Source: Caecitellus pseudoparvulus
Taxonomy: Eukaryota > Protista > Bigyra: Bicosoecida
Direction: 5' to 3'
Length of the DNA: 61,543 nucleotides
Assembly (NCBI GenBank): GCA_965644315.1
Contig: CBFFRQ010000025.1
Coordinates: forward strand, 1 to 61,543
The number at the start of each line of letters is the position of its first letter. Position 1 is the stretch's first letter. Made by a program: the position numbers and the translations under genes. Below are positions 21,614-32,513 of this stretch, piece after piece. Under the pieces are notes generated by a model, which ran no database searches, was not told the DNA's origin, and saw only the letters and a program-made list of their open reading frames with translations.

Positions 21614-24600
21614 TCAAATGCTGACGCTGCAAAGCATGTGCTTGGGGTTCGCGCCGTTGCTGGGCCACCGGCGGCGGGGCGGAGCGTCGGGGTCAGCGAG
21701 CATGCGCTGCACCCGCTCGGCAGCCGCACGCCCACGAGGAGTGCCCTCCTCCAGCGGCACCGGTGCCGTCTCTGCCAGTGCGTTGGCGGCGTCTGTGGCC
21801 GTGGCCAGGTCCTCCAGGCGCTGCTGGAAGCGGCCCCAGATGTCGGATGCTTCCTGCCACCGTGCATCGCGGAGGAAGACATGGGAGAAGTCCTCCATCA
21901 GGCGTGGCTGCTTGAAGCCCGTGACCATGGCGATGGACAGCAGCTGGAAGTGCGCGTGCACGTCGGCGATGTTGTACCCAGGCCTCATGCGGGCTGTGGC
22001 CCAGGTGGGGTTGGACACATACGCCGTCACCCGCCCCACGTGCAGGTGGTACGCCGTGACCAGGACGATGTTGGTGGCCAGGATGCGGGCAGCCTGCTCC
22101 CGCGTCTCGGCAGTGGGGAAGTGCCCCTTGTCGTGCACCCGCAGCTCCGTGATGAAGGCCTGCCACTGCCTGTCTTGCTGCAAGGCCGTGTCGTTGGCAT
22201 AGTACAGGTGCATGTACTCCACCACCATGTCGGTGACGATGTCCTCAAAGGCCGCCATGTCCTGGCCGAAGGGGTACAGGTGCCCCGGCACATCGGCCAT
22301 GCCCTGGGCCTGCAGTCGCTCCGAGATGGGCTTGTAGCTGGACCGTTCGAAGGTGGCGCTGAAGGCGGACTTGAGGCCGTTCCAGGTGAGGGCGGTGGCG
22401 CGGTGGAGGAAGCCGTTCTTGGAGAGCAGGGTGGAGATGGCGCCGTGGTTGATGGTGACGGTTTGGAAGGTGTGGATGCCGAGCAGGCGTCGGAGGGGGT
22501 GGTCAGCACCCAGCTGCTCACGCGTGGCCATGGCGAGGTTGTTGGCCACCATGAGGTGTGTCTCAGTCAAGTGGTTCCCTGCCGTGATGCCCACGAGTGC
22601 AGAGGACCTCCACACGAAGGAGGCGTGGATCCACAGGTCCTGCGGGCCGTCAGGCGGCACCCACCGCGGGTTGCCAGAGTTGGGCCACAGCAAGCCCAGC
22701 GTGTGCCCCGTCGCGTTGAAGAAGGCAGCTGCGCCGAACTCAGCCGTGTTGGGGCGCACCTCCAGCGCTGTCATCCACGTGAAGTCGTTCACGAACTCCA
22801 CCTGCTGCAGCACGGGGTGCTCCTCCCCCAGCAGGCCTCGCAGTGCCGCCATGACATCCTCCGCGGCGGGCGACGTGGCCCTGGCCAGGTTGTGGGCTGC
22901 CAGGTCCGCGAAGGAGATGCGGGCGATGTCTTCGGGCCGCGTCATGTCGGTCCAGGGCGTCAGGGGTGGCGGCAGGCGCGTCATGCCCCGGGTGGCCAGC
23001 TGCGTGATGACGTAGCCGTCGTGGGCAGACGCGAACGGGTCGCTGCTGTCATCCATGGGGTACATGAGGGGTTGGCGCAGGAGGGCCAGGACGATGTTCT
23101 CGATCCACTTGCCGGAGATGCCACCGGGGTGCTCCTCGTCCTCCACTGGCAGGGGCAGGGCGAAGACGTTGCGCTCCTTCTTCAGGGGGCGGAACCAGGT
23201 CGTGGGCACGACAGCGTGTGGGTCGTCGCTGCCTTCCTGCTTGTCCAGGCCCATGGTCAGCATGCCGTACAGGATGCGGGCATGCCGGGAGGTGCCGGAG
23301 GTGTACGCCACCTGGGCTTGGGCACACAGCGTCGCCAGCGCAATGTGGGACTGCGGGATGCCCAGCTTCGTCGCGTTCAGGACCTGGAAGACACCCGGGT
23401 CCGCCAGGTTGAAGTTGCACAGCTGGATGTCGGAGAGAGTGGAGAGGCCGAATGTGGCGGCCATGAGCACCAGCGCCAGCACCACCATGCCGCTGAGGAT
23501 GAAGCCGTACTGCCCCTGCCCCGAGCACTTGCCCCGCAGGAGCTTGCTGCAGCCGTCCATCCAGCCCACGCAGCCCTGCCCAGCCGACTTGTCAGGGGCA
23601 CTGGGGGACGCCGCCCCCTCCGAGTCGCCCGGTAGCTCGTCCTCGCCGTTGTCCACAGGAAAGGCATCCTGCTGTGCCTCCTTGGCAGTTGCGCGGGCGT
23701 ACAGCATGGCGCGGATGAGCTTGGGGTCTCGCCCCGCCAGGCGCTGCGTGGTGGTGTCCATGATGGGGAAGGCCCACAAGGCCATGGGCAGGTGGACGCA
23801 GCCCAGGAACAGCCCCGTGAAGAAGGGGAACAGTGTCGGCACAAACAGCCACACGAGAATGACGAGGGTGACACAGGCGTATGCCGAGAGGGTGGTGCAG
23901 GCCAGCGCCCGGCCCATGTCCGAGACGGGGAAGTTGGTCAGCAGCTTGTACAGGATGTGGTCGGGCTGCACCCCGGCAGCCACGGTGCGGAAATGGTGCC
24001 CGTCCCACGCGTGCTCCTGGGTCAGGCGCGTGATGGTGTACAGGTACAGCGCCACGGCCGGCACGGCGACGACGCAGGACATGTTGTGGAAGGGGAAATC
24101 GTTGGACACGTTCATGTACAAGCCGAAGGCGACGATGTTCAGGAACACCACCGACGCCCACACGACGATGGTGGGGCCGGCGGGGGGGGCTCGGTCCACG
24201 GGGCATCGCTCTGGCTTTACCATCTCCGCGATGGCGCTGTCCAGCTGGGTGCTGCCAAAGAGCGGGATGATGGAGCCGTTCCAGTGCACATCCATGAGGT
24301 GCAGCTCCTCGTCCACGCCCATTGTGGACGGTTCGATCTTGGGCGGGTAGCGAGACGGCGGGGCGCCCCTGACACCTGACCCCATCAAGAGCCGCATGAG
24401 TGCAGCCTCCGACTGCAGGTTGGATGCGCGCAAGGGCTCTGCAGAGCCCATCGTGTGCCTCCGAGGGCGTCCGCGGGGCGTGGCTGGCGGCGTGGCAGCG
24501 CGCTGAAAGTCCTCCTCATCCTCGCCGTCTCCTGGCACAGCCATGGACCCGGCAGACCCTGCGTGCACAAGCCTGACGCATTGGCGGGTGCTGGTCCCGG

Positions 24601-27353
24601 AATCGAACCTTTGTAAGTTGCCGGGGGGCACCGCCACCGTCACCTGCCTCCGGCGCACCATGGGCGACGCCACCAACCGCTGCACATCATCGGCGAAGCT
24701 GCCCACAGGCACGGCCAGCGGGTTGGCACTGGCGTCCGTGTCCAGCCTTCCCCCTACACTGTGCCGCCGCGCAGGACGGTGCCCACGCAAGAGCTCATCA
24801 TCATCAGCAGAACTGTAGACATGCGTCTCGACATGTTCCTCCTCGTCACTGGAGTCTGAGCTCGATGCCCGCGCGGTGTCCAGCACGGGCACAGCCGGCC
24901 GTGGAGTGGGGGCTTCGAGCAAGGCGGAGCTGTGCCTGGTGGTGGAGGTAGTGGCACCACTGCTCATGGGCATGTGGTGATCCCGCAGTGTGTCGAACGT
25001 TTGACGGTGGCCGTGAGAGTCTGACCCTGTTCGAAGGGGGGCCACGGCGTTGGGAGGGGCGCTGGGCAGGACGGAGTCGTCGGTCCTCGTCAAGCGCTCA
25101 CTGTCTGCCGTGTACGTGGGGGTGGTGGCGGAGCCCAGGCTGGACACCTGTCGCGCCGTGGCGTGCATGTCAGGGGGCACGACACTGCCGGCACGTTTGG
25201 CGGCCTCCACCTCCGCGAGGCCCCCCACATCCGACACCCGCACGAAGGTAGATATACTGGCCATAATGGCGGAGGACGCCCGCATGAAGATGGCGTGCAG
25301 GCGCCGCGTCTCCTCCCAGTGTGCAGTGGCCTGCAGCCACAACACGAAAATGGCACCGGAACTGCTGATAGTACCGACACACTGCAGGAAGGGCAGGCGC
25401 AGGTACCAGCCTAGGCCGTACAGCACTTGGAACATCAGGAAGCACATGATGTGCATGGAGTACTCGCCCACTTTGCACCTGGCTTTCACCAGCGTTGCCA
25501 CGGTGCCCGCCATCGCCATGCACAGCCAGGTCGTCATGCCCAGGGTGTTGTACAGGCCGTCCCCAGAGATCATGGCGATGTCGCCGTCATCAGCAGCGCT
25601 GGCTTGTTGCAGCAGCCGAGTGCGCTGCTGCACCAGGGACGGCTTGGGGGGCAGGAAGCCCTCCACCACTCGCTGGGCAATGGACAGGGACAGGCGGCGG
25701 GCAGGGCAGGCGCGCGGCGCAACGGTCCAGTCCACAAAGCCATGCTTATCCCAGGCCCACTGCGGCCCTCCAAAGGCCAGGGAGTGCCGGATGTCAGCAC
25801 GGCTTGGGTCGAATTGCCGGGCACGGGCGGTGGAGGAGGCGTGCCCGCCGAACACGGACGGGTCTTGGTTGGCAGCGGAGATGAAGTACTGAACCGTCTT
25901 GCCAGGGGGGATGGTGGCGGGGTTATCGGGGAAACGGGCCGTGGCCACCTTCTGCTCCGTCTGCAGGATGTTCGTGAAACTGCCGATGGGTGGGTCCAGC
26001 CGAGCCGTCTCCAACAAGAACGCCTGCGGGTTCTCCGCCCACATGCCCAAGAAACGCTTGGGGTCTGCACGCACCCGGCGCAGGGTGGAGCGGACGAGGG
26101 ACACGATGGACAGCATGCCAGTGAACAAGAACGTGTCCGTCATGCGCTTGTGGGTGTCCACGATTTCCTTGGCCAGGCGACTGGATCCCGCCGGCAGGTG
26201 AGGGAACATGCGCGTCACCGTGTCCTGCACGCGCGAGCCGACAGGAGTCAGCATGACACTGTCCCGGATCTTCTTTCGCAGCTGCTTGACGTCGCCGGAG
26301 AAGAGGCCCGAGGCGTGCTGGTCCAGGGGCTGCCCCAGCCACACCACCACTTCGAATTCCCTGTACTGCATGCACCAGCGCACTTCCGTCTCGTTGAGGG
26401 TCCCATTGAACATGGCAGAGAAGAGGGTGCCTGCTACGGTGCGGGCGACGGCCAAGTCTACGTCGTCGTCCCATGCCTCGTCCCAGCCGTCGTCACTGGC
26501 CTTGGCGGCACGCATGGCACCGGAGGCGGTCTCCCGCGCGCCCGCTGGCACCACCAGCGGCACATCCACCGCATGGCGCGGGTCAAAGGCGGGGGACAGC
26601 TGCATCATCAGCCTCCGCAGGTCGGCATGTTCCTTCCCTGAGCTCAGCATGCGCAGGCCACCCGGTTCGATGACGTCCTTGCTGACTGGGAGGCCGCCCA
26701 GGAACGGACCTCGGGCCTGCGGACTTTGCAGCGCTGCCAACACTTGAGAATGCCGGCCGTGTGCGAGCTGTGCAGGGGGCGTGGCGGGGAAGAGCCGGTG
26801 TAGGCAGGGTGGCAGATGCCTCAGAAGGGCCATGTGGCGTGTGGAAATGCAAGTGAAGTTGGCGCACCTGCGCCCCGCCAGCGAGCAGCTGGCAGGGCGC
26901 CATCGCACAGCGACGTGGCACGGCACGCACGCCATCAAGCCAGAGGGCTTCGTCCCCCTGCACTTTGTGCACACGCCCGATGAGCGTGGCAATGTCCCAG
27001 TTCTCTACAATGAACAGGGGCAGTGTCAAGGCGACGTTGGCAAAGAGGTGCCCCACGCCCGCCAAAGAGGGCGCGCCCATAATGGCTACATCAGCCAGCC
27101 CTTTCCTGGCGAAAGAGTCCACCGACAACAGGAATTCCCTCCCCTCCTCCATCAGGAACAGCGTGCTCACCGCCGAAAGCACCGCCACGGAGAGGAGAAT
27201 GCATGTCCCAAGGGCAAACTGCACTCGCATGGCGAAGGCATGCCCCGCATTCATAGCCACTTCATCTTGAGCAGCGCTGCTGCTAGCGGCGGCACGCTCT
27301 TCCCGCTCAGCACCAGGTGCAGCAGGTTGCCCTCTGGCGCGCTGGGTGGCCAT
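21614..27353 (-). CDS. Atypical (CYP74-like) cytochrome P450 + multi-pass membrane domain + lipoxygenase fusion protein (~1,860 aa)
   Basis: Exon 1 (27353 to ~26931) has an N-terminal TM; exon 2 (26767-21614) is uninterrupted. P450 motifs: ETARLDPP (ExxR), ANQDPSVF, FDPSR, F..RACPA with the Cys at 25706-25708. About 8 further TMs. LOX motifs: HLTETH, HPLRRLLGIH....IN, TAYH, C-terminal SVSI. Confidence 0.85.
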
Positions 27354-27989
27354 GGCGGGTGTGGGTGGCCGACCACGGGACCCTGAACAACATGGGAAGC
27401 ATGCGGGACGTCTCTGCATTGGCGACGGGTGGCGTTTTTGGCGCGCGGCAGCGATTGCGGATGCTCTGCCTCCTTCGGCTCCGTGCCACGCTCCAACGCG
27501 GCCTGCTCCTCCCCCCACTCTCATGCATTGCACTGCACGGCACCCCGCGTGCCTGTTGCAAGCAACCCAGCCCAAGAGGGGGCCCTTTTGGCGCAAGCAA
27601 CGCCATGCTTTGGGTGTCCTGGTCGGAATGTCGCCGGAACTTGCGCCCGGCTCATCAACGCTGCTGCCACATCCCGCCCGCGCTCTCTGCACGCGGGCCA
27701 AGCAAAGGCTCGGGCCTTGCGCCTCTGCAGGCTGCCCACGGCACGGAAGGGGGGGTCCAGGGGCCGGAAGACGGCGAATCCCGCCGTGCGATGCATTGCC
27801 CGTGCCCGGACAACGCCTGGTACCCCGTGTCTACCGCCCCAAAACCAGCGCTGCTGCTGCTGCTGCTTCCCTCGAATCGCCAGCGCTACGCCGGGCAGCT
27901 TCATGCAGCTGCAAGCACCGGCGCCGGGCAGGTTGCAGCGGCGCGCCTGAAAGGAGGGACAGCCTCCGCCCCCAGCTTAGGAACGTGAT

Positions 27990-28435
27990 GGCATTTTGCC
28001 CCACTTTCGTGCTGGAGGTAGCGCCACCAGCCCGGGGTCATGCTGTGTGGGGGGCAGAGGCACAGGCGAGCCAACCTTCACCAACGGGCTGTGGTTGCAC
28101 TTCACTTTCGAAGCCCCGTGCGTGGGGGCAAATCGGAGGGCAGGAAGTATGCAATACAGCCCATGGGGTTTGACACGCAGCATTCTGTCGCGGTTGGGGT
28201 GACCCGTTTGTGCCACGCGAGGGCTCGTCCGAGGAACTTGCTTGGCAACAGCTCGGCAGGTTGCCACCGGTTCACGGTGCCGAAGGGTAGCGCACCCCAG
28301 CAGGGCGCAGGCCCCTCCGCGGGGCTGACAGTGGTTCCCTTCGCGGCCTTTAGCCCGAGGTCATTTGCACTGTTTGTGGGCAAAGGGTGGTCGTGGTAGC
28401 TTCGCAACTTCAGCGAGCAGGCTGTGCCTCTGGCG
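27990..28435 (+). ncRNA. Candidate structured non-coding RNA of unknown class
   Basis: Closing helix CAGAGGCACAG (~28036) / CTGTGCCTCTG (~28422). A ~100-nt G-U-containing hairpin at 28073-28170 and several further hairpins. Lies in an unusually long ORF-poor intergenic gap. Confidence 0.35.
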
Positions 28436-28777
28436 CTGGACGAAGATATGCCAGGCCTAGAAACACCGTGGATAGCGATGGAGTACCCTAATAATGCCTG
28501 CAAAACGCAGCCAGGGACTCAGCTGCCGCACATGTTGCCTCGGGCTGTGTGCGATGAAAGCCAGACACGTGTGGCCACGCGACCCCCCCTCCAGCTTTAC
28601 AAGGCACAGGCCAAGCACTCAGACTGGTGCAGCAAATAAATACTTACTTGAAAATAGAACTCAAACTCCCTTCTATTGGACTGCGCCTGTTTTCTGGGTT
28701 TTGGGCCAGGGTGCGCTTGGCGTGCTGCGGAATTTGGTCCGCCACGTTGGCTTCAGCAACTGGTGGCCTCACGCAAG

Positions 28778-30582
28778 ATGCTGGACCACTTTTCCGTGTT
28801 CAACCGCCATGGAGTGGTGCTTTGGAGTGAAGATCTCTCTGAAACCCCTGTCACGGGAAAGCCCGTGGACGACCTGGTGCGGCACGTGTTGCTGGAGGAG
28901 CGCGCAGCGCAAGAGCACACAGTGGGAAACTACATGCTCAAGTGGACCCTGGTGAACGGGCTGGACCTGGTCTTCGTCGTCGTCTTCAACCGCATCATCG
29001 GCAAGACCCTCACGTACATTGACGAGCTCTTGGCCTCTGTGCAATCGGTGTGTCGCGGCATGCCACTGCTGACACGGCCCGGGCTGCAGCGACAGCCTGC
29101 TGTACCTCACAGGCGTTTTTGGAAGAGCACAAGGAGGCCATCGCGATGGGGTCTGGAAAGGGCGTGGATTTCCATGACACCTTCCACGCGCTGTGGGCCA
29201 AGGCGGAAGGCAGGAAACCCTCCCCCCTCGCGCCGCCCCCCAGCAAAGCACACCCCGCTGACCCAGCTGCGTCTGAGGACACAGAGACAGCACCGAAGGT
29301 AGTGGCACCCCCAGCAGTGCCCTTGACACCCGAGGAGCGCAAGGCACGGCTGCAGGCCATGAAGGGCTCCTCCAGGCGGGGAGGCAAGGGCGGTGCAGGG
29401 GCGGGGTCGAGCGGCTCCAAGAAGGGCAAGGGCCCCAAGAAGCCCCGAAAGTGGGCTGACTCTGCCCTCACTGCGGAGGAAGTGCAGGCTCTGGATGCTG
29501 CCGCTGGCGCTGCAGGCGGCAGCGGCGGGCAGGCAGCCGTGGAGGAAGTGTCGTACTCTGGTGACGGCACCGGCTCTGACGTGAGCAAGGAGTGGGACGT
29601 CGGGGCGGCGCATGCAGAGGAGACGGGGTGGTGGACCTCTGTCACCGCCACCTCGGCGTCCTGGCTGGGGTCCCTCACTGGCAGCACCCCCCTGACCCAG
29701 GAAGCCATCGCGCCCGCCATGGACACCCTCCGCGAGCACTTGCTGGAGAAGAACGTGGCGCGAGACATTGCGCAGGAGCTGTGCGACTCGGTGGCCACCT
29801 CCCTCGTGGGCGTCGTACCGGGGACGTTCACCAGCGTCCCCGCCCTCGTGCGGGATGCGCTGGGCGCTGCCATCCGCCGCAAGCTCACAGCGCGCTCCTC
29901 CATCGACGTTCTGGCCGCCGCCAACGCCAAGGCAGCCACTGGCGGTGCCTCGGCGGCGCCCTACACCATCGTCTTCATCGGCGTGAACGGCGTGGGCAAG
30001 AGCACCAGCCTGGCCAAGGTCGTGTACTACCTGAAGGACAACGGCAAGCAGGTGCTCATCGCCGCGTGTGACACCTTCCGAGCAGGAGCCGTGGAGCAGC
30101 TGAAGCGGCACGCCAAAGCCCTGAAGGTGCCGCTTTTCGAGCGGGGCTACGAGAAGGACAGCGCGGCGGTGGCTGCTGCGGCTGTGAAGCACGGAGCGGA
30201 GACCGGCCACGACGTGGTGGTGGTGGACACTGCTGGGCGCATGCAGAACAACGACAAGCTCATGGTGGAGCTGGCTGCCCTGGTAGACAGGGTGCAGCCT
30301 GACCTCGTGCTGTTTGTGGGCGAGGCGCTGGTGGGCAACGACGGCGTGGACCAGCTGCAGGCGTTTCACCGTGCGCTGCAAGACCACAGCCGTTCTGCAA
30401 CGCCACGCGGCATTGACGGCATCGTGTTGACCAAGTTCGACACCATCGACGACAAGGTGGGCGCCAGTCTGTCCATGGTGTACCGCACGGGCGTGCCAGT
30501 GGTCTTCGTCGGCACAGGGCAGAAGCACACCAACCTGCGCAAGCTCAACGTGGACGCTGTGGTGGAGGCGCTGCTGGCATAA
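28778..30582 (+). CDS. SRPRA: Signal recognition particle receptor alpha subunit
   Basis: SRX start MLDHFSVFNRHGVVLW; intron 29048-29112; GVNGVGKSTSLAK, DTFRAGAVEQL, DTAGRMQ, TKFDTIDDKVG, GTGQ. Confidence 0.97.
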
Positions 30583-30647
30583 GGGGACACAATGCAAATG
30601 CCTCCGTCAACCCCGCCAACTAGCCAGGAGCTGCACTGCCGCACGCC

Positions 30648-32459
30648 ATGTCTCTCGTGCCACTTGTGCTCTTCGTGGCGCCGCTGCGTGAGGCGGCGCC
30701 ATGGCTGCTGGACACGGCTGCTGTCGCTGCTGCTCTGCAGGTGCGTCCGTTGCAGCACCATTTCGCCGTGGAGCAGCGCGTGGGGCCGGCGTGCACTGCG
30801 CAGGAGCTGCATCACGCAGTGTTTGCACCACACACGCTGTCTTCTCGCAGGAACAACACTTGCAAGAGCGTGTGGAGCTGGAGCGGGACATCGAGAGCAA
30901 GCCTGTGAGGGCCGAGGCGCACCGCCAAAGTCCGCAGGGGTGCCTTCCACACACAGTGCTGGCGCCCTTTCGCAGCTTGAGCCCCAACTAAGCCCCCAAC
31001 TGCAGAACATGATGGCACAGGAGGAGGAGGCGGGGCGTTCGGGCGCCTCCTATGCTTCCCTGCGCGGCCAACTCACGTCAAGGGTGGACGCTCAAGTGAG
31101 ATTGACACGCCACCCTGTCCACTGCTGTCCGGGCCACGCCGCCCCACCGCTGTGCCGCAGATCGACGCCGAGTGCCAGGCAGCCATGGACTACATTCTAG
31201 ACGTGCACATGAGCCAGCGCAAGTCCGTGCTGTCCAAGCAGAGCAAGCAGCGGGCCAGCCTTGCCAAGGCTGTAACAGCAGCCATCAAAACCCATCTTGG
31301 GCCCGCTGCTTTGTCCAAAGAGCCGCTGCCAGCCCCCACCGCAGAGCCGCCAAGCAGCTTGCCCCCCCTGTCACCGACATCCCATAGAAGCCATGCCAGC
31401 ACCCTGCCTGTTCCGGGCTACGCGCCACCCGCTGTTGGCAGTGCAGCCACTGTTGCAGACGTTGCCGTGCTGCAGCGTGAAGAAGCAGCACAGGTGTGGA
31501 CACACCGGGAGCGCTACACCATCCAGGCCGCCTTCACGAACCAGCTGGCCCGCATCGAAGCTGAGTGGAAGGAGTACCTCGTGTCCATGCACTCTGAGTG
31601 GGAGGATGAGTACAAGGCCATCACAGGCCACGCGCCTGACCAGGCCGCCGTGGCCGCCACTGGTGTGGACGTGCAGGCGTTGAAATCTGGCTCAGGTGAC
31701 CCCCCCAAGAGCTGGCTGGACAAGGCCAAGCAGGAGCAACTCATCCACACGGCCCCTGTCATCATGCCCTCGGGCGCAGGCGCCATGCGCCGTGGAGCCG
31801 CCCCCTCGGCGCCCACCGCCCCCTCCACCTCCCTCAGCGCCACTGCAAAGCGGCAGGTGGCAGAGCTGGCCACCAAGTACGCAAACGCCCGCGCCAGCGT
31901 CAAGGCCCAGCAGGCGGAAGTGGCACGGTGGGTGCAGCGCCAGTGCCGCCGCATGCTCATGCAGGTGGACGGGGCGGGGCAGGAGCGTGCTGCCGTGGCG
32001 GCGGCGGAGGCCAAGCTCGCGGCCTCCTGGGCCGACGTGGCCACGCTGCTGTACAATGCGGCAGTGACTGTCAGCCGCTCCAGTGGCACGCCGCTGCAGT
32101 ACGCCTCCACCACGGACACCGTGGCGTACCTGCGGGAGTGGGGCGGGCTGGGGCCTGAGCCACTGGCCACACCGCCCACACCAGCCCCTGCAACCTCCAC
32201 ACCAGTCCCCGCTGCCTCGCCACCCCCCACCCGCTCGCCTGCACGAGCAACCCCAGGCAGCGCCTCACGCTCCCGTCAGAAGGGCTCCCCAGCCGCCACA
32301 AGCTTCAGAGTGTCCCCAGTCACGACGCCAGGCAGCCGCAGAGCTGGTGGCATGCCTTCCTCAGCTGGCAGCGGCAGCGGCAGTGGTCTGCGGGGCAGCC
32401 GGCGAGGAGTGGCAGGGGTGGCCATGCCCATGGCGCGGCGGGCAGGCGGCAAGCGGTGA
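30648..32459 (+). CDS. Hypothetical multi-exon coiled-coil / low-complexity protein
   Basis: Main exon 31161-32459, with upstream pieces linked by plausible GT-AG introns (30741-30850, ~30905-31006, 31096-31160). The 5' exon structure is uncertain. Confidence 0.55.
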
Positions 32460-32513
32460 GCGTGGGCCGGCGTCTGCCTGCGTGTGACGCCAATGTACTG
32501 TGTTCATTTGCAG

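Noticed and set aside
28095-28330. RNase MRP/P or SRP RNA
   Set aside because: AGCCCCG/CGGGGCT resembles P4 but lacks GAAAGUCCCC and correct spacing. No SRP helix-8 motif.
28640-28650. U1 snRNA-like start ATACTTAC
   Set aside because: It continues TTG rather than CTG and has no U1 stem-loops or Sm site; it sits in the SRPRA promoter.
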